A stretch of 64,000 nt of DNA. It comes from an uncultured Verrucomicrobiae bacterium. GTDB lineage: Bacteria; Verrucomicrobiota; Verrucomicrobiia; Limisphaerales; JAFGQR01. A program made the translations under genes and the position numbers. The stretch's first letter is position 1. Each line of letters opens with the position of its first letter. Below, piece after piece: positions 19,412 to 29,395 of this stretch. The notes beneath the pieces were generated by a model that ran no database searches, was not told the DNA's origin, and saw only the letters and a list, made by a program, of their open reading frames with translations. Location of the stretch: positions 128,001 through 192,000 of the forward strand of contig CAWBHS010000062.1 of NCBI GenBank assembly GCA_963788655.1. The letters run 5' to 3'.

Positions 19412-20250
19412 CAGCTCAATTGGTATAGGAAGATCAACAACGCATCGAACAGCACGCAACCGACTACGCTTTGGGCGGTGGCTTGGGTGGCGATCCGCGG
19501 CACTTCCTGGAGCCGCAAGGGTTGGGCCAGCCCGTGGTAACAACTCACCACGGCGATGATAAATCCAAACGTGGCGGTCTTGAGGGCCAGCAATATGAAG
19601 TCCAGACCGCTGAGCGCCGATGCCAGTTGCCGTACATAATCGCCGGGCGTTAGCGGCACATCCTGGATGAACGCCCACAAGTAACCGCCACTTAGCGAAA
19701 CCAGGATGAAGTACACCGCCAGGGCAAAGACGCCGAGGGCCATACCAATGAGACGCGGCACAACCAGATAATGGATCGGATCAATGCCCATGACTTCGAG
19801 CGCTTCGATTTCGCCGATCGCGCGGGCGGTGGCCAGTTCGATCACGTTGCCCATGCCGGTACGGGACAGCACCAGAAGTGCCGCCAGCAAGGGTCCCAAT
19901 TCGCGGACAACCACACTGACCATCACGGTGCCCAGATAGGCATTGGCCCCGACGCGGGTCATCAAGGCCACGGTTTGCCCAATGACGACCAAGCCCAGCA
20001 CCATGGCCAGGAAAAACACCATGGGCAGCAGCCGCACTCCCGAACGCGACAATTGAGTGATGACTAGAGGATGGATGACCGCGCGGGCCACGCGGTACTT
20101 CTTGGCCAGCACGCCGAGGCTGATAAACGCAAACGCAATCAAACCGTGAAGCGTGTGCAGCAACGCCAGGAGTTTGCGTCCGATGCGGCGTACCACCGTG
20201 GCGGGTACGCGCGCGGACCGGGTAACGATGGGACCCGGTTTGTCAGCCAC
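19411..20250 (-). CDS. MlaE family ABC permease
   Basis: VVRELGPLLAALLV.SRTG, GEIEALEVMGIDPIHYLVVPR, K...FG; probable GTG start at 20250 after AAGGA. Confidence 0.92.
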   Translation of the reverse strand: MADKPGPIVTRSARVPATVVRRIGRKLLALLHTLHGLIAFAFISLGVLAKKYRVARAVIHPLVITQLSRSGVRLLPMVFFLAMVLGLVVIGQTVALMTRVGANAYLGTVMVSVVVRELGPLLAALLVLSRTGMGNVIELATARAIGEIEALEVMGIDPIHYLVVPRLIGMALGVFALAVYFILVSLSGGYLWAFIQDVPLTPGDYVRQLASALSGLDFILLALKTATFGFIIAVVSCYHGLAQPLRLQEVPRIATQATAQSVVGCVLFDALLIFLYQLS

Positions 20251-20451
20251 GCTCGCAGTTCCTTTGATCACGGCGCTGAACTTAGGACGCCGCCCAAAGC
20301 CGGTCAAAGCGGAATTTGGGGCGGCGGAATGTGCGGATTCCAATCCGTAAACCCGAATACCGAAGGCCGAGATTCCAAGGCGACTCAGCCAGGTAAAACT
20401 CCCGTGGACCGCATCTCTTTGATATTTCAAAGCTGCGTTGCCAATCCCGGT

Positions 20452-21489
20452 TCACTGGTTTAAGGCTGGCGTGATCCCGACCAATTCCTCAATCACCAAC
20501 TTCATGCCTGCCACGACACGTGCAGTCCGTTCGTAATCCAATTTTTCCGGCATGTCTTCGACGGTGTGATAATACGGATACCGGAAGGGCGCCGTGTCGG
20601 TGACCATCAAACCGGGGTAGCCGACCTGCCAAAACGCCCAATGGTCCGACCAGCCAATGCCCGGCAGCGCGGCGGGCAGCGCACCACCTTCGCAGGGAAA
20701 TTTCACCTGCCGCCGGAAGCAGGCCACGCATTGGCGGACAAGCTTCGCCGATTTGGTATTCCCCACTAAGCCGATGAAATTTCCCGTGGACGGATAGAAG
20801 AGTCCGATGGGAAACGGATATTTCTGGCTACCTTTTTGGTCCCGATAATACCCGATGGTTTCCAGGCTGATCATCGCCACGATATTGTCGTTACTGGCAC
20901 GGCAATGCCGGGCATACACCAAGCTGCCCATTTGTTCGGTTTGGAAAAAGGGAGGTTCCTCGTTCGCAAAGGCAACGAACCGCAGGGTCCGTTCTGGTTG
21001 GCTGTGGGCGAATGCCTGGGCCAGGACCAACAAGGCCGCCACCGCGCTGCCGTTGTCGTTGGCTCCGGGACAGCCGCTTACGGAGTCGTAATGCGCGCCG
21101 ACGACCACGATTTCCTGGGCACGTTGGTGACCAGGCACCACGGCCTCAAGATTCTCGCACCGTTCCTGCATGACTTCGAACGCCTGGCGGTTGACGCGGT
21201 AACCTGCTTGCGCCAGCGAGTGGTCCACAAAATCCGCGGCGGCGTGGTATTCTTTCGGGCGAAACACATTCCGTTCGCCGATGGTGCCGGCCAGCATTTC
21301 GACATTCCGCTTCAGCGCGTCGCGCCAGGCCGTCTCCTCGGGATTCAACGGCACCCTTGGCCCGGCGTAGCTTTTGAGCGGCATTCGCATCATCATAAAC
21401 CAAGCGCAGAAAACCAAGATGCCCAGCACCGCCAGCAGAATGCTAACCCGCACCAAAGCAGCTTTGGTCACCAACTTGAATTTCGGCAT
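20452..21489 (-). CDS. M28 family metallopeptidase
   Basis: VVGAHYDS, GANDNGS, FANEE, SLETIG, SDH..F, YHT..D; N-terminal TM. Confidence 0.92.
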   Translation of the reverse strand: MPKFKLVTKAALVRVSILLAVLGILVFCAWFMMMRMPLKSYAGPRVPLNPEETAWRDALKRNVEMLAGTIGERNVFRPKEYHAAADFVDHSLAQAGYRVNRQAFEVMQERCENLEAVVPGHQRAQEIVVVGAHYDSVSGCPGANDNGSAVAALLVLAQAFAHSQPERTLRFVAFANEEPPFFQTEQMGSLVYARHCRASNDNIVAMISLETIGYYRDQKGSQKYPFPIGLFYPSTGNFIGLVGNTKSAKLVRQCVACFRRQVKFPCEGGALPAALPGIGWSDHWAFWQVGYPGLMVTDTAPFRYPYYHTVEDMPEKLDYERTARVVAGMKLVIEELVGITPALNQ

Positions 21490-21646
21490 GGCGCATGATG
21501 GCCTTGCCTTCACTACGGACGCAATCGGATTCTGCGATTGTACCGAGGAGTTGCTCCGCGCTGCTTCCCTCCCATTTGCTCAAGCCTCGGTATGGTTGTT
21601 TTCCTAGTTGTGCGAATGGCCATTTCGTCGGCAAACTGATCCCCTG

Positions 21647-22608
21647 ATGAACAACCAACTTGATCGACGCCGGTTTCTCCAATACGTCACCCTCAGCAGT
21701 GCCGCCCTGGGCCTGCGCGGCGCGGGGCAATTCCCGTAGCGGCGGCCGATTCCCGCCGCCGATGGACCCTTTGTCTGGCGCCGGGTTCCATCGGCGTGAG
21801 AGCCGATCAGCAGCAAACCATCGCCCTGGCGAGCCAACACGGCTTCGAATCGATCGAGGCGTTTCCCCAGTTTATTGCCACGCTGTCGGCGGGCCAATTG
21901 GCTGACTTGAAAGCAGAGCTGAAGGCGAAGGCGCTGACGTTCGGCATGGCGGGTTTACCGGTGGATTTCCGCGGAACCGACGAGCGGTTGGCCGAGGGCT
22001 TGAAAGAACTGCCCCGGTTGGCAGGGGCCTTGCAACAGGCCGGGATCGAGCGGGTCACCACTTGGTTGTCGCCTGCCCATCGGAGCCTGGCGTACGCCGA
22101 GAATTTCGAATTGCACCGGCGCCGCTTGCGCGCGATCGCCCAAGTGTTGAAAGATCACGGCTTGCGCTTCGGCCTGGAATACGTGGGCACGCCCAACTCG
22201 CGCCGCGGACGAATTGATTTCATTCATAATATGGCCCAGACGAAGGAACTCATCGCCGCCATCGGCACGGGCAATATCGGGTTTGTGCTCGACAGTTGGC
22301 ATTGGTGGACCGCCGGCGACAGCGAAGCCGACTTGCGTACCCTCAAAGCCAAGGACGTGGTGTCCGTGGACCTCAATGACGCGCCGGCTGGCCGGACGCT
22401 CGAACAACAGCTCGACAATCAACGCGAACTGCCCGGCGCGACGGGCGTCATTCCGGTGGCCAAGTTCCTAACGGCTCTCAAGGACATGGGCTACGACGGG
22501 CCGGTCCGCGCCGAGCCGTTTAACAAGGTGTTAAACGACCTGCCCAATGACGAAGCCTGCGCTCGGACCATCCAAGCGCTGCGCAAAACAATGAAGCTGG
22601 TGGCGTGA
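21647..22608 (+). CDS. Tat-exported sugar phosphate isomerase/epimerase family TIM barrel (frameshift near 21735)
   Basis: MNNQLDRRRFLQ Tat signal at 21647, then frame shift into ...LCLAPGSIGVRAD; LRFGLEY, LDSWHW, DLND, GYDGPVRAEPF. Confidence 0.85.
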
Positions 22609-22641
22609 CCGTTGAACCGTTAGCGATGGCGTGAAGCGTCG

Positions 22642-22908
22642 CTAGGGCAGGGGCTGCACCGCCCGGTAGTAGCGTTGGGGACCGCCCGTGGTCGGGAGGT
22701 TCGTCCTGATCATGCCAAGCGGCGAGTCGGCGCTGCGCAGGTTGGTGATGGTGGTGTCGGTCCACAGGGGCAGGTTCAGGTTGGAGGACTGTTGCCACGT
22801 GTAGCGCGCGTAGGGTTCTCCATAGAGTTCCACGTCAATCCCATTGGTCGCGCGGCCGATGGCCAGGGCGGAGGGGCTGATTACATCCTTGCAACGCTTC
22901 TCCGATTG
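22642..22908 (-). pseudogene. orphan C-terminal module of a secreted protein
   Basis: Reads LAIGRATNGIDVELYGEP..RYTWQQSSNL...W...QRYYRAVQP, like C-termini at 2309 and 52302; in-frame stop just upstream, no signal peptide. Confidence 0.6.
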
Positions 22909-23200
22909 TCACGAATGCCCACGATCCGGAAAGCAGGGGGGACACCCGTTCTACCGGATAATTCTTGGGAAAACACAAAGGCAGGCGGAGGTAAGTGCGC
23001 ATGCACGGTGTGGGGGACCGGAAACATCGTTTCCCGCTTCGACCAACGACCAACGATCAACTTAGCTCAGTTCACGCCGAACACGGCTCGCAAAATCTCC
23101 TGGAAGCAGACGGAATGGAGATGGGGTGGAATAATTGTGTCAATAACTATTTCGTATCAAACAAAGCGAGTATGTCCATCGGTTGCCGGGATGGGATTTA

Positions 23201-23332
23201 GAGCCTGTTTTAAAACTCCATCCGATCTGTAGCAGCCGACGTAAGGAGGCTCATTCTATTTCGGAAAACCGTGCTGCGTTCGCCAAGACTGAGCCTCCTT
23301 ACGTCGGCTGCTACCATTTTTCAAACAGGCTC
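23201..23332. mobile_element. MITE-like element (same TIR as 1427..1698) carrying a family A REP doublet
   Basis: GAGCCTGTTTTAAAA ... TTTTCAAACAGGCTC (14/15), TTA on both sides; internal perfect 25-bp inverted repeat 23229-23253/23290-23314. Confidence 0.85.
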
Positions 23333-23492
23333 TTAGCGCTGTCATCTCGCAACCGGGCAAAGTTGCAACCAAAGTTGTCGTCTTCGTCCCTCGTCCTTGA
23401 AATCGAACTACCGCGGACGACGACGACGAAGCTTCGTGATCTGCCGGGAGATCGCCACCCAGGAATCCGAGGCGGCTTAGACTTTGGGGATT

Positions 23493-24470
23493 CTACTGGT
23501 TGCGCCGCTGGGCCAGCACGGCGCCGCCAGTAATCCCGGCATCATCCCCCAGACTGCTGGCGCGGATTTCGATGCCTTTGGCGGTGCCACCCAGGGCGTG
23601 TTCGACTGCGGATTTGGAAATGATCGGCATCATTTCATCTTCGAGCGCTTCGATGATGCCGCCGCCCAGAACGACGATTTCAGGATTGAACAGATTGAGC
23701 AAGTTGCCCACGGCCACCCCCGCGTAGGACGCAGCTTCGGCCACGACTTTTTCGACGAACTTGTCGCCGCGGCGGATCGCTTTGCGCAAGTCGCCGCTGC
23801 GCATGTCCTCCAGTTCCTTGCCCAATCGGTCGGTGAGAATGGTCTTCTGGCCTTCTTTCACGGCCGCCTTGATGCGCTTGAACATCGCCGTCCGACTGGC
23901 GAGCGCCTCGAAACAGCCATTGTTGCCGCAGCCGCATTTCGGGCCATGCACGTCGAGCACCATGTGGCCCACTTCCCCCGCCGCCCGATTGAAGCCGGCG
24001 TACGGTGCGCCATTGATGACAATGCCGCCACCGATGCCGGTGCCAATAAAGATGCCGATGGCCTGTTTGGGTTTGGCTTTGAGTTCAACTTCGTAAACTC
24101 CCATCATGCTGAGGTTGCAGTCGTTCTCCGCAAACACCGGCACTGCCAGTTCTTTCTCCAGGTTCTTCTTGAGCGGAATGTCCTTCCATTGGGGTAGATT
24201 GGGGGCGAAGATCACCTTGCCGGATTCGGAATCCACCGCCCCCGGGGCCCCGATGCCCACACTGCGAATGGACTTCAAGTTGAGGTCGCATTCATCCACC
24301 GCGTCCTTGATGCAACGCGCAATGCGCTGGATGACCGCGTCCGGACCGCGCTGGGCTTTGGTACTGATGCGCGCGGTGCCGATGCACTCCATGGACGAGT
24401 CGAACACGCCGGCATAGATTTTGGTGCCGCCGACATCGACTCCGACATAATAGGTGGGGGATTCAGCCAT
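23493..24470 (-). CDS. ROK family sugar kinase (glucokinase-like)
   Basis: GVDVGGTKI, GIGAPG, END.N, GTGIGGG, GEVGH, CGCGNNGCFEALAS. Confidence 0.95.
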   Translation of the reverse strand: MAESPTYYVGVDVGGTKIYAGVFDSSMECIGTARISTKAQRGPDAVIQRIARCIKDAVDECDLNLKSIRSVGIGAPGAVDSESGKVIFAPNLPQWKDIPLKKNLEKELAVPVFAENDCNLSMMGVYEVELKAKPKQAIGIFIGTGIGGGIVINGAPYAGFNRAAGEVGHMVLDVHGPKCGCGNNGCFEALASRTAMFKRIKAAVKEGQKTILTDRLGKELEDMRSGDLRKAIRRGDKFVEKVVAEAASYAGVAVGNLLNLFNPEIVVLGGGIIEALEDEMMPIISKSAVEHALGGTAKGIEIRASSLGDDAGITGGAVLAQRRNQ

Positions 24471-24483
24471 GAGCGGGGATGCG

Positions 24484-25218
24484 TTACTTGTCTTTGGCCA
24501 ACACGGATTCAATCTTCCGTTTCAATTGCGCCGAGGTAGCCTCCACGGACCGGCTGCCATCCACGATGGTAAACCGGTAGGTCGTTTGCATGTGTTTGAA
24601 TTCCTCGGTCAGCAGCGTCTGGTACTTGAGAAAGCTGTCGAACATGTCGCGGGAAAATCCCAAATCCATACCGCTTTCCCAGTAGTCCAACGCCGCGTTT
24701 TTGGCAAAATTGCGCTGCACCAGTTCCTCCGCCGGCACGTGCAGGTAAAATACCGCATCGGGCACCAGCGCGACCCCATAAAGGTTCTTCAGCCAGTTCT
24801 CATCCATGCCGCGGACAATGTCGCGCGCCATCAGGGTGTAGATGTAGCGGTCGGACAGCACCATGGCCCCGGCTTTAAGCGCCGGCAAAATAATGTTCTC
24901 CAACTGGTCCGCAAAATCCGTCGCATAGAACAAGCTCAGGGTGGTGTGGCTGAGGGTATTGCCGGTTTGCGCCAGCGCCAGTTCTTCACTGACCAGCGAG
25001 GAGCGCTTCAACCCGACCTGCACCGTGGCATGACCGCTGGCTTCCAACCATTCAACGAGCCGGGCGATCTGCGTCGAACGCCCACTGCCATCGGCCCCCT
25101 CCACCACAAACAGCCGACCAGCCAGCAGTTCGAGGTTCACCCCGGGGATCCCGTGTCCGTACCAGCGGCGGTGGGTGCGCCGGGGCAATACCACGCGCGT
25201 ATCGAATTGGCGTTTCAT
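24484..25218 (-). CDS. thymidylate kinase-like protein 2 (P-loop GSGRST)
   Basis: VVEGADGSGRSTQ, LFYATDFAD, VLSDRYIYT, PDAVFYL, VDG. Confidence 0.88.
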   Translation of the reverse strand: MKRQFDTRVVLPRRTHRRWYGHGIPGVNLELLAGRLFVVEGADGSGRSTQIARLVEWLEASGHATVQVGLKRSSLVSEELALAQTGNTLSHTTLSLFYATDFADQLENIILPALKAGAMVLSDRYIYTLMARDIVRGMDENWLKNLYGVALVPDAVFYLHVPAEELVQRNFAKNAALDYWESGMDLGFSRDMFDSFLKYQTLLTEEFKHMQTTYRFTIVDGSRSVEATSAQLKRKIESVLAKDK

Positions 25219-25977
25219 TCTCCGGGCAACTCCGGTTCCTGGTTTTCCATCCGGCCCAAGGGCCGCTCCCAGCGCGGTTGCGGGACGGGCAAGTCGTGTT
25301 TGCGTTGGAACTTGGCCAGATTAATCCTCTTGGAAATCAGATTTCGCACCGTGGCCTGTTGCACTTCAATCGGCTGGTTGGCGTCAATTACCAGAAAATT
25401 GAACTCCGGTACTCATGGCGAGATATTGCTCCAAAATGCGGCCCTGGAAAATGCGAAAGCTCTCGTACGGATCAGACGACAGGCGCAAATCCATGCCGGC
25501 TTCGAAATACTTCAGCTTGGGCCGGCCATCGAGAATGCGATTCAGCGAAACCTCCAGTTCGGTCTTGAAGAAGAACGTCAGATCCGGCAAAGCCGCGAAC
25601 CCATAAATGCCGCGAACCCATTCCGTCCGGCATCCGCGAACCGTGTCCCGGGCGAACGCCGTAAAAATATATCGGTCACACAACACGACATAACCGGCAC
25701 GTAAGAGCGGCATCAGGTGCCGGTCGTAGCGGTCGGCAAAATCCGTCGCGTGGATCAAGCTGAAGGTCGTTGGAGTCAACAGTTCCCGCTTCTTGCCCTT
25801 GCTGGTGGCGGACTTGACGATTTCCGAAGAGTTCCATTCGCTGAAATAGACTTTGACCCCCTGCAATTCCAGCCAGCGCTTCAACAAAAACACCTGTGTG
25901 GACTTGCCGGAACCATCCAATCCCTCGACCGCAACGAGGCGCCCTGGAAAATTCAATTCAGCAAATGTCTTGAGCAT
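25215..25977 (-). CDS. tmk: thymidylate kinase-like protein 1 (frameshift near 25408)
   Basis: VEGLDGSGKSTQ, LCDRYIFT, PDLTFF; removing one base gives EFNFLVIDANQPIEVQQ...PGE ending in ATGA overlap with the next gene. Confidence 0.85.
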
Positions 25978-26071
25978 TCTGGCCGGTAAACTAAGCAATG
26001 ACGCCCAGATGACAATCTTTTTCGGTGACCGCCTGCTAACACTACAGCGACACTTTCGGAAGAACGCGCCA

Positions 26072-26160
26072 GGAGCGCGGCGTTTACGTCACTTCACCGT
26101 CCTATCCAACTTAGCGCTGATTAGCTTTTGGCGCTTGAAGCGGCCTGAAGGCCGCGCGCC
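26072..26160. repeat. further palindromic inverted doublet
   Basis: GGAGCGCGGCGTTTACGTCACTTCA ... TGAAGCGGCCTGAAGGCCGCGCGCC. Confidence 0.55.
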
Positions 26161-26424
26161 ATTTTTTGGAATTGTCGCTGTCGTGCTAACTTGGATGTTT
26201 CACCCGCGTGGTAGCCGCCCACGCGAGGAGGTGGACTTGAAGCAGCCTCCCATGTTGAAACAAGAGTCCGTCAGCATAATGGCCACCCAGGAGCGATGAC
26301 ATTGCTGCAAGCTCGAACGTGGTTACGCCTTTCAAGCCGACAAAACATCGAGCCTCCTGCTGCGGCAACTTCGCGAGTCACGACGCTGGGGATTACGAAT
26401 CCGAGGGCTCAACGCTCATTCCAT

Positions 26425-26455
26425 AAACAAAAAGGGCAGGCCAATCCGGCCTGCC
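26425..26455 (-). terminator. intrinsic terminator after rplI
   Basis: GGCAGGCC/GGCCTGCC stem followed on the minus strand by CTTTTTGTTT. Confidence 0.7.
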
Positions 26456-26476
26456 AATTCTGATAAAGATTCGAAA

Positions 26477-27149
26477 TTACTCTTTCGTTGCTTTGGGAGC
26501 CTTGGTCGATTTGGCGGGCTTGGAAGCTTTTTCGGACTTGGACGATGTTTCGGAATGGGACGCCGCCTCGGTTTTGTCAGCTTGTTCATTGCGCGGGCTT
26601 CGCGGAGTGCGTTCGGTTCGGCCGCGCCCACCGCGGCGAGCGGCGGATCCTTTCCCTTCCTCGACGGTGGAAGGTTCAGGCGGTGGCAGCGGGTTGAGAC
26701 TCTCGACGCGGACTTTGAGCGTGCAAGGTAACTTGCTGGTGCAACCGCATCTCGATATCAAATTCGCCCAACGTCCGAATCGGGTGTTCGAGGTGGATTT
26801 TGCGCTTGTCGAGAGTGATGTCGAACTGGTGCTTCAATTCATCCGCAATGGTCCCGGCGGTCACCGACCCAAACAGCTTGGCGTCATCGCCGGTCTTCAC
26901 CTTCACGATGCAAACCAGTTTGCCGAGGCTCTTGCCCAAATCGCTCATGGCGTTGTACTCGTGAGCTTCGCGTTCGGCCCGGCGTTTTTGCAGCGCTTCA
27001 AGCCGTTTCTTATTGGCCGCCGTAAGCGGAATCGCCAGCCCCTGCGGAAACAGATAATTGCGGGCATGACCGGCCGCCACTTTGACATGATCGGATTCGG
27101 CCCCAAGGCCCACGATGTTTGCGATGAGAATAACTTCAGTTTTTGCCAT
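26477..27149 (-). CDS. rplI: 50S ribosomal protein L9 with C-terminal extension (frameshift near 26725)
   Basis: EVIL...LG..VKVAAGHARNYLFPQG, KLFGSVT, IRTLG; continues as LKVRVES... in ORF 26477..26761. Confidence 0.95.
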
Positions 27150-27205
27150 AGTAAAATCGTTGAGTTTGCAGCAGAAATTGTCTTGGTCGGAACTTCGGGT
27201 TCCCT

Positions 27206-27670
27206 TCAAAACGGAACGTCATCATCCATTGGTGGACCGTCCGGTTCGGGCATCGATTCGGGCGCGGAAGCCGGGGCGGGATTGGCCGCCGGTCGGGGAC
27301 GTGCGGCCGGCGCGGCGCCGGGTTCGGCTGTCCGCTGGCCGCCATCGAGGAACTGGAAGGCTTCCAGCACCACGCCCAAGCGGCTGCGTTTCTGATTCGT
27401 TTGCTTGTCTTCCCAGGTGTCGTAGCGCAGCCGCCCTTCGATCAGGATTGGCCGGCCTTTCTTCAGATACTGGCCAATGACCTCGGCCTGGCGCCCCCAC
27501 GCGTCCACGTCCACAAAGGTCGTCTCTTCCTTGGTTTCGCCCGTTTCGCTTTTCCACGAACGATTGACGGCCAGCCCCAGCCGCGCCATCGCGGTGCCTT
27601 TGGGCGTGTAGCGCAATTCCGGATCGCGCGTCAGATTGCCCACCAGAATGACTTTGTTGAAATTGGCCAT
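27206..27670 (-). CDS. ssb: single-stranded DNA-binding protein
   Basis: NKVILVGNLTRDPELRYTP, KG..I.IEGRL, C-terminal DDDVPF. Confidence 0.99.
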   Translation of the reverse strand: MANFNKVILVGNLTRDPELRYTPKGTAMARLGLAVNRSWKSETGETKEETTFVDVDAWGRQAEVIGQYLKKGRPILIEGRLRYDTWEDKQTNQKRSRLGVVLEAFQFLDGGQRTAEPGAAPAARPRPAANPAPASAPESMPEPDGPPMDDDVPF

Positions 27671-27696
27671 GGGACGGGTAAGGGATGGCTATGGTA

Positions 27697-28004
27697 TTAC
27701 TTGGCGGCGGTTGCGCCCAAGTTCGCCTGCGTCAGCATGACGCGAAAGACATCGTCCTTCTTGGCGAACTGGTTGCGCAGTCCCGGCACCGCCGACGCCG
27801 GGGCCTCGAAAATGACATTCACGTAAAAACCTGAGGTGCTTTTCTTGTCGGCCACCCGGGCGAATGGACGCTTGTCCATCTTCTGCGTGGTTTCCACTTT
27901 GCCTCCCGCCGCCGCGATGTCCGCGGTGACATTATCCAGAATTTCCTTCACTCGGTCATCCTGAACGGGGCCTCGAGTATGAACAAACCTTCGTATCGTT
28001 TCAC
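27697..28004 (-). CDS. rpsF: 30S ribosomal protein S6 (frameshift near 27968)
   Basis: GTG start MKRYEGLFIL, then GGKV...GFYVNV.F...VFRVM; position between pth and ssb. Confidence 0.93.
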
Positions 28005-28019
28005 TCTGTTACCTTAATG

Positions 28020-28606
28020 TTAAGTCGTAATCACACCGTTAAATTGATTCATCGCCTGCGCCACACCCCGCGCAGCCAGCAATCCATCTGGTCGCACGCG
28101 CGGTCCAGCACCTGTTCCAACAACCCGGTTTCCGCCGCGTTGAACCGGGAAAGCACATAATCCGTGATTTCCCGCCGGCCCGGCTCAGCTCGGCCAATGC
28201 CCAACCGCTGCCGGGCGAACTGCCGCGTGCCGAGCCGTTGTTCAATCGATTCCAAGCCATGATGCCCACCACTGCTGCCGCGGCTGCGCAGCCGAATTTC
28301 CCCCAGCGGCAAATCCGCATCATCCACCGTGACCAGCATCCGGTCGCTGGCCAACTTGTAAAAATCCGCCACGGCCCCCACTGCGTCACCACTGGCGTTC
28401 ATGAACGTCTCGGGCCGGCACACCAGCACCCGGTGTTCGTGGCATTCCCCCCAGCCAATCCGGGCGTTGAACTTCTTTTCAAACATCCAATTGACCCGCC
28501 GGCGTTCGGCCCAGCGTTCCACCGCTCGGAATCCGGCGTTGTGGCGAGTAAGCTCATACTTCCGGCCAGGATTGCCCAATCCCACAATGAGATACAAGTT
28601 CTCCAC
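28020..28606 (-). CDS. pth: peptidyl-tRNA hydrolase (frameshift near 28070)
   Basis: LIVGLGNPG..Y..TRHNAGF, PETFMNASG, GSSGGHHGLESI, RLGIGR; AMNQFN tail in adjacent frame. Confidence 0.97.
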
Positions 28607-28639
28607 GCCGGATCATCCCACCACGGCGCCCGCCGGCCG

Positions 28640-29365
28640 TCACTTCTTTTCGGGCGGTTTCTTTTCCGGCGCTTTTTCGCCACCTTTGGCCCCGGCCTTG
28701 CCTTCGGAAGCAGTCTCGCCTTCCTTCTTCTCTTTGGTCATCTCCACTTCCACCGGTGCCGCCCCGGCTTCGGCTTCGGCATCGGCCGCCTGTTCTTCCG
28801 TTAGTGGCGCCGCAACGGTGATGACGGGAGCCACTTTTTCCCCCAGAATTTCCACCCCGGGCACGGGCGGGATTTCGCCAATATGGATCGATTCGCCCAC
28901 GTTTAAATTGGTCACGTCCAGTTCCAGCACTTCGGGCAGATCGCGCGGCAAGGCGCGCACTTTCAGCTTGAACAGCACGTGTTCGAGAATGCCGCCGCCG
29001 GTCTTGACCCCCACCGCTTCGCCCTTGGTTTCCACGGGCACGGTGACCGTGACGTGCTGGTCCTCGGAGATTTCCTGCAAATCCACGTGCAGAATGCTCC
29101 GGCTCATTGGGTGGTGCTGAATCTCTTTGACCAGCGCGAGGCGCTGCGGGCGCTCGGCGTCGGCAATGGACAAGTCCACCAGCAAGGTTTCCGAAGCCGC
29201 ATGCTGGATGAGATCCTGGAGCTCCTTGTTGTGGATCTCCAATTGGGTCGGTTCAGTGGCGCGACCGTAAACAATCGCCGGCACGCGACCGTGGGCGCGG
29301 AGTTGCTTTACTGGTCCCCGCCGGGTCGCGGTGCGCGGATAGGCGTTCAATGGTACAGTTTTCAT
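28640..29365 (-). CDS. rplY: 50S ribosomal protein L25/Ctc
   Basis: LR..GRVPAIVYG, Q.HP...ILHVD, GEAVGVKTGGG, DVT.L.VG.SIH. Confidence 0.97.
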   Translation of the reverse strand: MKTVPLNAYPRTATRRGPVKQLRAHGRVPAIVYGRATEPTQLEIHNKELQDLIQHAASETLLVDLSIADAERPQRLALVKEIQHHPMSRSILHVDLQEISEDQHVTVTVPVETKGEAVGVKTGGGILEHVLFKLKVRALPRDLPEVLELDVTNLNVGESIHIGEIPPVPGVEILGEKVAPVITVAAPLTEEQAADAEAEAGAAPVEVEMTKEKKEGETASEGKAGAKGGEKAPEKKPPEKK

Positions 29366-29395
29366 GTCAAAAAAAATGCGGCAGCGCGGCCAGTT

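Noticed and set aside
26477..28606. Programmed frameshifting or pseudogenisation of rplI, rpsF, pth
   Set aside because: No shared slippery motif, genes are normally essential or conserved, and similar indels occur window-wide.
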